Below are positions 35,558-48,560 of a stretch of 64,000 bases of DNA, one piece after another. The stretch lies in assembly GCA_053919585.1 (NCBI GenBank), contig CM132788.1. One strand, written 5' to 3'. Made by a program: the position numbers and the translations under genes. Origin of the DNA: Euprymna scolopes (Eukaryota). Below the pieces are notes generated by a model that saw only the letters and a program-made list of their open reading frames with translations, did not search any database and was not told the DNA's origin. Positions within the stretch are counted from its first letter, which is position 1, and the number at the start of each line of letters is the position of its first letter.

Positions 35558-37982
35558 TTAGACACTGTCCTTGAGTGTTTAAGGCCTCTCTGTACAGGGA
35601 TTTGTCAGGATAACCTGGTCATGAGGATACTTCCCCCCACAAGTAAACCCTGGCTAAGCATCCAAATAACATAGCATCCAAATAACATAGCATCCAAATA
35701 ACATAGCATCCAAATAACATAGCATCCAAATAACATAGCATCCAAATAACATAGCATCCAAATAACATAGCATCCAAATAACATAGCATCCAAATAACAT
35801 AGCATCCAAATAACATAGCATCCAAATAACATAGCATCCAAATAACATAGCATCCAAATAACATAGCATCCAAATAACATAGCATCCAAATAACGTAGCA
35901 TCCAAATAACGTAGCATCCAAATAACGTAGCATCCAAATAACGTAGCATCCAAATAACATAGCATCCAAATAACATAGCATCCAAATAACATAGCATCCA
36001 AATAACATAGCATCCAAATAACATAGCATCCAAATAACATAGCATCCAAATAACATAGCATCCAAATAACATAGCATCCAAATAACATAGCATCCAAATA
36101 ACATAGCATCCAAATAACATAGCATCCAAATAACATAGCATCCAAATAACATAGCATCCAAATAACATAGCATCCAAATAACATAGCATCCAAATAACAT
36201 AGCATCCAAATAACATAGCATCCAAATAACATAGCATCCAAATAACATAGCATCCAAATAACATAGCATCCAAATAACATAGCATTCAAATAACATAGCA
36301 TCCAAATAACATAGCATCCAAATAACATAGCATCCAAATAACATAGCATCCAAATAACATAGCATCCAAATAACATAGCATCCAAATAACATAGCATCCA
36401 AATAACATAGCATCCAAATAACATAGCATCCAAATAACATAGCATCCAAATAACATAGCATTCAAATAACATAGCATCCAAATAACATAGCATCCAAATA
36501 ACATAGCATCCAAATAACATAGCATCCAAATAACATAGCATCCAAATAACATAGCATCCAAATAACATAGCATCCAAATAACATAGCATCCAAATAACAT
36601 AGCATCCAAATAACATAGCATCCAAATAACATAGCATCCAAATAACATAGCATCCAAATAACATAGCATCCAAATAACATAGCATCCAAATAACATAGCA
36701 TCCAAATAACATAGCATCCAAATAACATAGCATCCAAATAACATAGCATCCAAATAACATAGCATCCAAATAACATAGCATCCAAATAACATAGCATCCA
36801 AATAACATAGCATCCAAATAACATAGCATTCAAATAACATAGCATCCAAATAACATAGCATTCAAATAACATAGCATTCAAATAACATAGCATCCAAATA
36901 ACATAGCATTCAAATAACATAGCATCCAAATAACATAGCATCCAAATAACATAGCATCCAAATAACATAGCATCCAAATAACATAGCATCCAAATAACAT
37001 AGCATCCAAATAACATAGCATCCAAATAACATAGCATCCAAATAACATAGCATCCAAATAACATAGCATCCAAATAACATAGCATTCAAATAACATAGCA
37101 TCCAAATAACATAGCATCCAAATAACATAGCATTCAAATAACATAGCATTCAAATAACATAGCATCCAAATAACATAGCATCCAAATAACATAGCATCCA
37201 AATAACATAGCATCCAAATAACATAGCATCCAAATAACATAGCATCCAAATAACATAGCATCCAAATAACATAGCATCCAAATAACATAGCATCCAAATA
37301 ACATAGCATTCAAATAACATAGCATTCAAATAACATAGCATTCAAATAACATAGCATCCAAATAACATAGCATTCAAATAACATAGCATTCAAATAACAT
37401 AGCATTCAAATAACATAGCATCCAAATAACATAGCATTCAAATAACATAGCATCCAAATAACATAGCATCCAAATAACATAGCATCCAAATAACATAGCA
37501 TTCAAATAACATAGCATCCAAATAACATAGCATCCAAATAACATAGCATCCAAATAACATAGCATCCAAATAACATAGCATCCAAATAACATAGCATTCA
37601 AATAACATAGCATACAAAGCCCAAATAAAATCCTCTCACTATATCTACCCTACTCTAGCTTAAATGAGGATTGGTGCACTTCCATTAAGTGATCTTGCCT
37701 ATACTAACAACACAATATTCCGCCAGATTAGATAAATTTTTGTTCTGGAATCCAATAAAACAGAGAGACCAAAATAAAAAACATACTATAACATAGTTAA
37801 TTGATTAATAAGTGACAGGAAAATTAATACATTTTATGAACTCAACGTTTGAAAGATAAAAGAGAACTAATGGAATATTTGAATATCCATGCGTCTCATA
37901 TAGAGATCAAGTATTAGACCCAGGAAGGGGCTTCCTTGATTTCTGGGAACTTCGACTGAAATAAAATGAATGAAACAAAAAG
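35558..37982 (+). repeat. Family X copy hosting the 16-bp minisatellite
   Basis: Family X head at 35558-35656 and the remainder at 37609-37982 flank the array. Confidence 0.8.
35657..37608. repeat. 16-bp minisatellite, ~122 copies
   Basis: Unit AGCATCCAAATAACAT, with variants AGCATTCAAATAACAT and ...TAACGT. Confidence 0.98.
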
Positions 37983-38699
37983 TTAATTAGTATAATTCAA
38001 ATGTTTCTTTGCAGTGGATACTATTTAGTATACCAAATAATAGCTGTGCAAAATTTTAAATGTACTTATTCCAACTCTGGATCAAACAGAAGAAATCTTT
38101 TTTCACTAGTATTAACTTGTAACCTATATTTATAGCATATCGATTTTAACAAGGATGGGAATGTTTTTCAAGGTTCTGTGAATTCAAACTTATATATATT
38201 TGGGGAGGAGTAGCTGTTGACAGTATCACGATTGTTATGTTATATTTTACTTAGATGAGACATTTACTACTTGTGGGAAACAAATTCTTATTAAGTCGTC
38301 CTCTTAAATAATCAAATTCTGCCCAGTTTCAATTTTCATAACCAAAACACAAAGGTGTTGTCTCAACACTCAACTGACTGATAAACTAATTTATCCTTAT
38401 CCTTGAGTGGCCTTTGGACCTTGATAAGCAATAATTGATCAGTACATTAAAAACATTAAAATATTTTTCCTCAAAAGTTTACCGCTTTCCATTCCCACTT
38501 TCCAAAGATAAAGAAAATCATGATAAATAAAATTTTAAAAATTAAAGTACAATTTAAAATAAAATGAACCCTCATCATCAGCAGCCCTGCTGTTTTAACA
38601 GCATCGGCAACCATGACTCCAAATTGTAGAGCCATAATAATCTTGGGAAGACAAGTAAAAACAGTAGTTTCCCCATTGCTTTCCGTCTTGATTCAGGGG

Positions 38700-38885
38700 T
38701 GCACCCCCCCCCCCCATTGAGTTAAACGCGCCCCCAGATATCAACCTGGAAATTTCTATGAATCAGCATGGTACATACAGTGCCTAGCTTTCCCAAATAG
38801 TCACCCATCAGGTACTGGCCAGACTCATTGTTACTTAACTTCTGTGATCTGGTGAGAATCAGTGTGTCAACGTGATTGTGCTGTA
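38700..38885 (-). mobile_element. 5S rRNA-headed SINE copy
   Basis: Minus strand ...GATCACAGAAGTTAAG...CTGGCCAGTACCTGATGGGTGAC..TTGGGAA..CTAGGCACTGTA then AAATTTCCAGGTTGATATCTGGGGG. Confidence 0.7.
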
Positions 38886-39574
38886 TATGAACCCTAATAT
38901 GCATAAAACCACGATGTGAAATTTGCATTTAAAAAGAAAAAAATCAGACTTCTGAAAATAGATTGCTTATATACACGACTATGATGAGAAGTTAGCAAAA
39001 AGATTCCGGACTCAGTTTGAAAAAATTTTGACCGACTGACTTTTGCAAAACATTACCGATTCCTGACTCATTACCACTGCGAAAAAAAAATAAAAATAAA
39101 ATAAAATAAAAACGCTTCTTTGGGATCGAAGTTACACCTACAGAAAATTTCATACATTTTTTTGTGAAGTAGTTTTCATGTGATGCAATGAGCAAGTCGA
39201 GGAACAGACTTTTGCCAAATTATTATACGATTCATCATATTTTGCTGATAAAGTCTATATGCTATGAATCTTGCCAAAAGAGATTTCTTATTTTAATTTC
39301 CTTTTGTCAGATGCTGTTTTTTTTTTGTTTTTTTTGTTGTTTTTTGTTAATTCCTATCTCCTTCAAATGATGGGGAAGGGGAACCTTTCTACAGCAAAAG
39401 AGTTAAAAAAAAAAAAAATGCCACAGAAAAAAATTATCTATTATTACACTAAAATCGAGTTAATCAACGTTTTTGTTTTGTTTTACATATATTTTCATTA
39501 CAGAAAACATTAAAATATTCCTGTTCTCAGATCGAGTTCGCTTTAAGAAAATATTCCTTTTTAATTGTTTTAAT

Positions 39575-40476
39575 TACGAGACGCTTTCAATAAATTCCCC
39601 GATTTTTGTTTGTATAGGCATTTAAAATTGTCATACTGTTGAAAAATCAATATGTTATTGCTATACATCTTATAAGATGATCGAGCAATTTTATGATTTC
39701 AGGTTCAAATGAACAGCTACAGCAGGAATTGGAATACACTCAAAAGCCCGATTGTGAATTTCAAAAACGCAATCTGGACGTGAGGACACTTTAGAAGAAC
39801 GATATGCAATAAAATTCTGTTTTAAACTTGGAAAAAATACCACAGAAACGTATAGAATGCTTCCTACTGCTTTTGGGCCATCTTACATGAATCAAGCATC
39901 AGTTTTTGAGTGGCATGAGATTCAAGGAAGGCAGGGAGTCTCGTGAGGGATGATGAGAGGTGTGGGAGGAATAAGGAAGTTAGCACAGCAGAGTTGATTG
40001 ATCAAATAAAGAATTTCATGGATAAGGACCATCATGTGTCTATAGAAACAATAAGTGCACAGTTTGATATTAGTGTGGGAATTGTACATAGAATTATTCG
40101 CGATGAACTGAAGATGCAGAAGATTTGCATGAAATTTGTCCCAAAGCTGATCAGAGATCAGACTATTGGACCAAGATGGGCATCAAAACAGTTCCTCACC
40201 CTCCCTATAATCCAGACCTTGCTCCCTGTGACTTAATTATTCCTTAAGCTTAAGGAAAGCTTTAGAGGCTGTTAGGAGACAACTGAGGAGATACTAGTGG
40301 CTGTAACGAGGGTCATTGACACTCACGCAAGAGGACTTCCATGGGGCCCTCCAGTTATTGGAGCAGTACAACAAGTGTATTGCAGCCAGAGATTACTTCA
40401 AAGTGGACTAGAGTATGTACTTTTAATGAACGTGCCCATACGAAAAAAGTTTGGATCTTATTTAAGGCACCCTATA
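39575..40476 (+). mobile_element. Internally deleted mariner-like element
   Basis: ERYAIKFCFKLGKNTTETY (HTH), KFVPKL (WVPHEL-like) and HPPYNPDLAPCD (YSPDLAP-like) motifs; imperfect TIRs ending in TA; most of the catalytic region is missing. Confidence 0.88.
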
Positions 40477-40760
40477 GTTGTAAACTGCAATTTTCTTACC
40501 AAGCCATCCATTTTTTTTTGTCTATCACTTTCTCTCTCTCATTGTATATGGTTTAACCCTCTCCCACTCACGGTTTTATTTTATACGTTATCTATCACTC
40601 TGTGGTTCTTAACAGACTGAGGCAAGGAAAAATAGAATAAAAAGATTCAAAAGTTCAATAGAAACAAACAAAAAAAATAGAGGGAATATAATCACAGTAA
40701 CACTATCAAACACTTAGTTGGAAAAGGAAAAGCGAGAAAGAAAACAATCACACACACACA

Positions 40761-41080
40761 TTTTTCCAAAACCTCTGGCCTTGATGGAGAGGAGACTAAA
40801 ACTTTCTGCTATGGTTTCAAATGATCTGAACTAACAGCAAGGGAAGATTTGATTCCAAATATTTCTCATGTTATATCTCCCCACTTTTGCAAATAGGTAC
40901 GATTATGAATATCTTCAGTATCAAATAAGCCTTATACACTAAAATTTACTTTATGTATGAAAACCAAGAGGGGGGGGGATATAACATATAAGAAATATTT
41001 GGAATTGTTATTTAAGATCATTTGAAACCATATCAGCAAGTTTTAGTCTCTCCTCCAAGGCCAGAGGTTTGGGGAAAATA
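40761..41080. mobile_element. MITE with ~130-bp imperfect TIRs
   Basis: CCAAAACCTCTGGCCTTG..GGAGAGGAGACTAAAACT / AGTTTTAGTCTCTCCTCCAAGGCCAGAGGTTTGG; second copy at 58129-58370. Confidence 0.8.
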
Positions 41081-41603
41081 TCAGATATTTTGTAATTCAT
41101 ACACAAAACTCGAAAAACAAATGACTATGATTGAAACATTTCATGACTGTAAAACAAGTGCCAAAATAGGCTCTGGTTAATCTATAATCCCCTTAATGTG
41201 CGACCTTAAAGACAAATGTCACAGAGTCCACTACACAATTCAAATTATTACCTTTCTAACGACCCTTCATTTGTTAAATTCTGATCAATAGTTGCCAATA
41301 TTTGGAAATTATAAAATTGCCCCAAAAAGTGGTATATATGGATATATCTATACTCGTAACCAGATTGAATATTGAAATTCTCATATCTTCGGTTCTATGG
41401 GATAAAACTACATGAAAAATTGCAGGCTTTTTGAAGATTATAATACTATTCCTTGATTAAAATTTTATGACAATTGGTAAAAAAGAACCTATATTTTCAA
41501 ACCAATAAAATATGCCCAAATTTGCCTACATTTGTATATATAGCGTCCTGGCAAGCCAGCTTCAGTTTGGCTGCTTTGGGATGAATTTTGTTTAGGTTTT
41601 TTT

Positions 41604-41650
<47 letters not shown>

Positions 41651-43443
41651 CTCAAGCAGAAGTTTATTTTTCAGATTTAAACAACCTAAGCCCAATGGGT
41701 GAACCAACGAGCCATTTTTCTAGTATATATATATCACACATTAGATGCAGAAAATGAAGCACATTTATTGGCCCAGCTTCATGTACTGTCTCTCTTCCTA
41801 GGTAGCAGAGACTTATGAGGACCAATCCCAAATGGTTGTACATAGAGCACGCCCACCTCCTTCCAACAAAGAGTCAAGATATTTTGTTTTTGTAACAGCT
41901 CTTTAAACATGGAGGCTTCAACATTTTTTTTTTTTTTTAGTTGGAAAAGAAGGTAAATATCAGCACATGCACACAATTCTCCATCAAACCATCAGGTCAA
42001 ATAGAATGCTGACATCCTTGGTATGTTAACAACAACAACAACAAAAAGATAAGTATCTCGTTTTTTAATAATCACTACCTCTGCCTCCCTCATCCATACC
42101 TCCGCGTGACCAGCAATGTGTTTCCTTTCGATGCTACAGTTTGTTTGTTTTTTTTTTATTATTATTAATTTTAAATAAGAACAGGTAGTTTACAAAAAAA
42201 AAAAAAAAAATGCACTATTCGCCATTACTGCCCAGCGGATTAATTCACGTGTCTATTACTTTGTGTCAATAGCAATCATTAAACGCAATGTTTTTCATTT
42301 TTATCTTTTTTGCACATTTTCTAAGTTAAATTTTTTTTCTTAAAGTAAACAACTCTTATTAGGTTTGTAAATTTTTGTTAGTGTTATTCTTACAATGCTT
42401 TAGCAGATATAACCTACGACCTTCTTCTGATATATCTTGTCGAACTCTGAAATTTATACCAGTCAATATAATAATGTCACAACATTATTGACCAACTCAT
42501 GCTCATAACGGGTGCTTAATTATAAAAAAAATGGTTCATTGTTTTCTTTCTAAGCATCTCCTGTCTTTGCGATGATTTTTTGTTCTTGTCAGCTTCTTAC
42601 ATCAAATGGCTTCATGCCTAGTCTCAATCGATTTTTGTTAAAAAAGCACACAACTTAAATGATTTCAAGACAAGGATCCACTAATTGAATTATAATCGAT
42701 AATAATGAAAATTCCTCCACCTAACAATTAATGATTACGAATGTACGCACTCCATCAAAAATGATGCAAAAAAAATTATGCCTCACCAGTGTTTGCAATT
42801 ATATTCATATATAGTAACATTTAAATCCGTGAAATAAAAAAATAAAGAAAAGATATCAATCGATATAAAAAAGGAAAAAAACAAAAACTCATGAAATCGT
42901 GAAGAATGTCTTTCCAAACTTGTCTAAGTGTGGTGGGGAGGCTGACTTGCTACTTCCCTTTAAATAATTTCGTCCGGCATTTTTTTTTTTTTTATTATTT
43001 AAAAAAATTTTTTTTTTTTACTTTATTACTGGCAAACTCTTGTTTTGTGTTAAAGCACGGATATATATTATACACAATGATCTTCATTATAGAGTTAAGC
43101 ATTACTGAAATAATAGTCAAAGCCAAATGAATTCTTTCTCTGAAGTATTAAGACAGATAATGCATTCTTCTTTTGAAAGCTATCCGTTATACAATTTTAA
43201 GATAAGATAAAATAAATATCAAAAATTAAAAAGACAAACATCGAAAAGAAACACCTTGCTGATCATATAAATAGAAACAAGCAAGCTGTGTGTGTATGTA
43301 TATATATATATATATCATTAGTTTTTTTTTTTTTTTTTTTAAGAATTCCAGCAGAGTGCTCAATTAAAAGGAAAATCCAAATTGTAAGAACGTATTTATA
43401 TTTTTTATATTTTGTGCACAGAAAGTTGTTAGTTGAGACAGAT

Positions 43444-43518
43444 CATTGGTACCGTCGGTTTCAAGCCCGATAATAAGGCCCGTTTAAGGTATCCTTATCA
43501 AGCTCTCTTCAGCCAATA
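43444..43518 (-). ncRNA. Type I hammerhead ribozyme
   Basis: Minus strand UAUUGG-CUGAAGA-G AGCUUGAUAA...UUAUCGGGCU U-GAAA-CC GAC GG-UA^CCAAUG: intact core, stems I-III and a GUA cleavage triplet. Confidence 0.8.
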
Positions 43519-43521
43519 TTC

Positions 43522-43615
43522 GTGGGTACATTTAGCCACACTGATTAGTTGTAAATAATGAAACGGTTGTATGTAGATGAGAATATCTAAGTAGTTCCTA
43601 TCTGATGTAACAAAG
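43522..43615. repeat. 94-bp direct repeat, copy 1
   Basis: Matches 45042-45135 with one mismatch. Confidence 0.95.
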
Positions 43616-43628
43616 AGACGAATAAAAA

Positions 43629-43678
<50 letters not shown>

Positions 43679-43679
<1 letters not shown>

Positions 43680-44439
43680 CTAGCAAAAGTACTCAACGTT
43701 GACTGGGTTCAAAAACAGCCTACAGAAAATGGACTCTGATTTATGAAAGTATGATGGGTTATGAAAAGGAAGGCTTGTAAAGAGAGCTTCGAATTTGTGA
43801 GTATCAAAACCAAAGCAAAATATGATGAAAGTAAAAATAAAATAGGTAGACCCCATAATTTATTATACCATATCTGTTCACACTGAAACACTTATCACAA
43901 TATTCTGTGGATCTATATTAAAAAACCTTGTTAAACTTTGTGCCATATTTCCATTCTTTCCAGGCGCGAACGAACACCCCATAATTTTATTATACCATAT
44001 TCCTTCAAACTGAAACATAACTATCAAAGTATACTTACGCAGATAGATATGAAAAGTCTTTATTAAAGTTTGTGCCTATTTCCATTCTATGGAGACCAGG
44101 CGCGAACGCAGGCCCCACAATTTTATTATACCATCCCTATTTAAGTTAAAACATACTTATCAAAGTATTATTATGTACATCTATATCAAAAACACTTGTA
44201 AACGTTTTTTTTTTTTTTTTAATTTTTTATTTCCATACTTTGTGGACTAGGTGCGAATGCAGACCTCACAATTTTAATGAACAACCGTTCTGCCAGACCA
44301 AACATACCCATTCCTGTGTCTCGATACATCTATCATTATATGTGATTAGTTTTTTAAAACAGTCAACCATATAGGAGCCTATTCGTGACCAGACACACAC
44401 ACACACAGACATTCAGCTTTATATTATAGATATATAGAT
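43679..44439 (-). mobile_element. Non-autonomous Helitron with ~125-bp internal tandem repeats
   Basis: Minus strand starts ATCTATA.. and ends CCCAGTCAACGTTGAG..GCTAGT; three to four internal CCCCATAATTT.ATTATACCAT units. Confidence 0.7.
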
Positions 44440-44559
44440 AACATTGCATTTTAGAAAACTCAGAAACTAAATATGCCAGAGCAACACCAGCATTCCTGTG
44501 CCTGTTGTGCAAGTATTTTAATGGAATATGCTCTGATAAACTCATTGCACTTGCACCCC

Positions 44560-44820
44560 CCCAAAAATATACCCTAGACAAACCCGTTTAACAACAAAAT
44601 CCCACCTCTTCTCTATAGAGGTCCCTAGATGTTGAAAAGCTTCTTCCCTGCTAGGCTTTGGGATGTCTTCCCTGCTTCTAACTGCACTGACATGCAGAAG
44701 TTTAAATGTACTGTAAACTGACATCTTGCTCTTATATGGTCCCAAATGATGGTCCCCTTATGTCCAAGTGGCAATGTGCCTTGTTTGAGATGAACAAAAT
44801 TTAAAAAAAAATAAATAAAA
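44560..44820 (+). mobile_element. LINE 3' fragment (second subfamily)
   Basis: ATGCAGAAGTTTAAATG...AAGTGGCAATGTGCCTTGTTTG plus A-rich tail. Confidence 0.7.
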
Positions 44821-45041
44821 ATAGCATAAGAAAAATTTCTAACATTTAGTTATAGAAGCACAAAACCCCACACTACTATAATGGTCAGTGTTAGTGTCAT
44901 AAAATATATGTGAACAAAAAACTACACATATAGCACTATTTTCTTCTACAATTAGTGGTGAGTTCGTTAACACAATTGATACAGTGCTTGGTTGATGATC
45001 GCATTTATATAAGACTAGCTATTCAGATTTTGAATGTCAGT

Positions 45042-45135
45042 GTGGGTACATTTAGCCACACTGATTAGTTGTAAATAATGAAACGGTTGTATGTAGATGA
45101 GAATATCTAAGTAGTTCCTATCTAATGTAACAAAG
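45042..45135. repeat. 94-bp direct repeat, copy 2
   Basis: Matches 43522-43615 with one mismatch. Confidence 0.95.
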
Positions 45136-46084
45136 GATATTTTTCTTTTTTTATTCTTTTAGTTTAAAAAAATTAGTTATTCATTTTCTACACTAGGAAC
45201 TTTATCATAATTTCTAAATATGAAAAAAAAAAAAACATTAAGAGAAGAGAAGAGAGATAATGGCAAACCTTGTGTAATAGTAATTTTTTTTTAATAAAAA
45301 AAAATTACTATTTTTGTCAAATTCATACTGAAAGGAATATTAAACTATTAGATTTTTTTTCTCGGCCAACACAAGATAGACCAAGTAAAATTTTTGTCAG
45401 CTGCTCATCTCATATCAGTCATCTAGTTTATTTTCAATGACATAAATAGAATGGCCGGCGGATGACTCTTCCAAATAAAGGTCTCATCGCATTCCTAATG
45501 CTGGTTATTATGATAAATGTATACTGTTTTTAAATCGAAATTATTTGAATTAATAAAATAAATTTATTCACTCTTGAATTAATCGAACCAATAAAAAAAT
45601 TCTAAATACAGAAAGCATTTACTTGCAACTATTCCTTTCTTGCCCCAGTGTTTTATTAGAATCATTACTTTTGTTTTACAAAATATTTTTTGTTGTAAAT
45701 GAATTTAGATTGTTTTTATGAATTTTACATATTGAAAATCTTTTTGAAGAAATTATGTAAATAGATAAAAATAAGATTAAAAAAAAAGATGAATAAGAAA
45801 TCTACAGTGAATGGCACTGATTAATGACTTCCGTTTACACCATGTAATTAAAACATTTAATTAGTCATTCAAAATGGAATTTTTTTTTTACAGATTAACT
45901 TACTAAGGTTCAAGGACCAATGAAGGACCAATCGAGTTAATGCAGTTGTAAATCCAAATGATGAACAATACTTATGACAGGAAATGGTGGCAAGGGACGG
46001 CTTAAATATTTATTAACATTGGATTTTAAGACTACCATATTTCATAAATGCAAAGTTCTGGGAAAGAAACGGTTTATGGAAACT

Positions 46085-46330
46085 TTTTTTCTTTTTTTTT
46101 TTAACTCACCTTCAAGCCAAACAAGGCATATCGCCACTTGTACGAAAGGGGCTACTATTTGGGACCATTCCTAAGAAAGATTAACAAGATGTTGGTTTAC
46201 GTTGTTTGAACTTCTGCATATCAGTACAGTTAGGCAAGCAGTTTTGTTTGTTTCTTAGGTATACACAAGAAAGGAAACTTCTTTGCAGTAATGGTATTTA
46301 GACGAGTTCTTGCTCTGAATGGTTTACAGG
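46085..46330 (-). mobile_element. LINE 3' fragment (second subfamily)
   Basis: T tract, AAACAAGGCATATCGCCACTTG and GAACTTCTGCATATCAGTACAG. Confidence 0.6.
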
Positions 46331-46849
46331 GGGAGGAGTTCAAAAGAATATATAAATAAACAATGTATATCTATTTCAAGCAACAAAATCTTTCATATGT
46401 TGTTTTTATCCCAAACTATTCGTTTTAGCTTCAAAATATTCACGAAAATTTCCTTTATATTTCTTTCATAATACAAGAAAATACTTAAAAATTAATGGGA
46501 TTATCTTTGCTCTGTCAAACTAAATGAAGTACCGGGTGTGGGGGATAAAGTACCAGAGGGGATAAAGTACGGGGGCAGGGAATAAAGTACAGGGAAAAAC
46601 ACGGACAAAGTAAAATTAACTGATTGTTAGGCCAACGTACTGCTTTCACTCCATACTCTTTAATATTTAAAACGACTTCTACACCCTATTTTTCAAAGAA
46701 CATTATTACATTTTCAAACGCGCATTTTAAATGACTGCCTTCATCATATTTTGTGTGTATAGTATCCATGTCCAGACTTATTTCTGCCAACACCTAAACC
46801 TGAAGTCTGCCGATTGTCCAATTGCAGCAACGTCTTCAATGATTAGAGT

Positions 46850-47130
46850 TGTTCCCAAACTTTTTTTTTTTTTTTTTGGCATAGAGGTACACTATTGAGA
46901 TCTTTAAATTCTCACGGCACACCCATCACAAAAAAAGCAATATTTTTTACTCAAAGCCTATTATGCAATAAAAACGTTTAGCTTGAAAATTAGGAGGATT
47001 AGTAGTAAGGTGTCTTTTCATCTAACTTGAAACTACTGCTTCATTAGACAACGTTTGTTTGCATAGTGAAAAGGGAATGCGTGTATCTCCAATCCAGTGA
47101 AATCATAACAGTACTAATTGTAAGAGTATT
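46850..47130 (-). mobile_element. hAT (Buster/Charlie-like) remnant
   Basis: Minus strand LCKQTLSNEAVVSS*MKRHLTTN resembles the Buster BED finger; TTCCCAAACT and CACGGCACACC resemble Charlie-type termini. Confidence 0.5.
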
Positions 47131-48096
47131 TATTGATACAAACAACTCCGGTTATAATATGAAAACTTTTCCAACTATGACTTCTTTGCTGCACACCAGT
47201 AATCATTCCACAGCATGGTACTTGAGAACTGTTGTGTTAGAGCATGCAGCCCATCGCATAGAGGGAGAATTTACAATGTAGTTGTTCCTGCTTCTCTGCC
47301 TTGGTGGCATAAACAAACCATTGGACAGTTAAGGACGTGAACACCAATCATCAAGAAAGACTTGGCTAAGTTCTTGGTGCCATAGGTGGTCTACCTTTAA
47401 CAACAGAATCACAATCGGTTAGCTATCTTGCGTGATCTTGCTCACGGACACCATTTATGGGCTGCTATGATAAAAGATATGGTGCAAGCCAGGGAAGAAG
47501 CCAGTTAAAACCGATCAGGTTGAATGTCATCACAATAACAAAGTATAAAGTTTTTCATGCAGTACAATTTTATTTTTAGCATTGAATAAAAATCTAATTA
47601 AATTCTGCCTAACTTGAACTTAAATGCAATAGAGGAAAGAAAATCCAGTTTATGTATAACAGTTTTACCATTTTATACTTGCCTCTGCGAATCAACCAGT
47701 TATCGTGTCATACTTAGAGGCAGACGTCGTGAGTTCGAGCCTTACTCAAGACATAGTTCATTTTTATTCTGATTTTGTCCCAAAACGAACTTAGACATTT
47801 CAATTTACAATACTAAGCAGATTGTTTAGTTTTACCTTTTTTTTTCCACCCTCTAATCTACACTAAGCATGCCAAACTCCAAGTCTTGTGAGAGCCACAG
47901 GAGTCAATTTGTGTTATCTTAAGGCCCACACTCCTACAATTATCACTGAAGTTGTTTAATAAAAATTGCAGAATATTTTTTTGTTAATTTAGAAATATAC
48001 AAAAAGAAAATGACGAGTGACGATCAGTAAAACTAGTTTTCTGAAAAGTTTTGGATATGAAGGCTTATAAATTCCTCTTAAGCGTTTATAATGTAA

Positions 48097-48560
48097 AATG
48101 CCTGGGTGCTCGGCGTTGTCCAAGTGTTTGGAGGTGTGTGTTGAGAAAAAAAATAAAAAATAGTAGTAAGCAGACAGGCTCCAAACCATATCGTGAAGGA
48201 GGAAAAGAACGTAAAAAAAGAAAAAAGAAACGTGACGTCTTTGCTGTTGCGCCCATCGCCAAACCAGGAGCGACCAATGTATAAATTTAGGCTAGACAAT
48301 TGAAAAGAGGGGATGACTTTCGAAAATATTGGTGAAAAAAGCGACCCCTCCCTGTAGAAAAGTGCCCAGTTGAGGGTGGTGGAATTAATACTTTTAGCCA
48401 ATTTTTTTATATTTATCGTCCAAAGGGTCGAACCTCAAAATGATACCAATCATGAAAATCTGTCGCCTCTGTTAAACGATTTAGGCAGACATACAAACAT
48501 AAATACATACATATATATATACATACATTTAAACAAACAGGTGAGATTTATATTATAGAT
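48097..48560 (-). mobile_element. Non-autonomous Helitron, module 1
   Basis: Minus strand starts A|TCTATAATATAAATCTCACCTG; decayed 3' hairpin; homologous to 59305-59711 and 61025-61405. Confidence 0.75.

Noticed and set aside
35605-37613. Long repetitive ORFs (MLCYLDAMLFGCYVIW)n
   Set aside because: Artefact of a stop-free 16-bp tandem repeat; the same peptide appears in all three frames.
47690-47755. tRNA gene (GTTCGAGCC B-box; similar at ~26440-26515)
   Set aside because: No convincing cloverleaf; more likely decayed tRNA-derived repeat heads.
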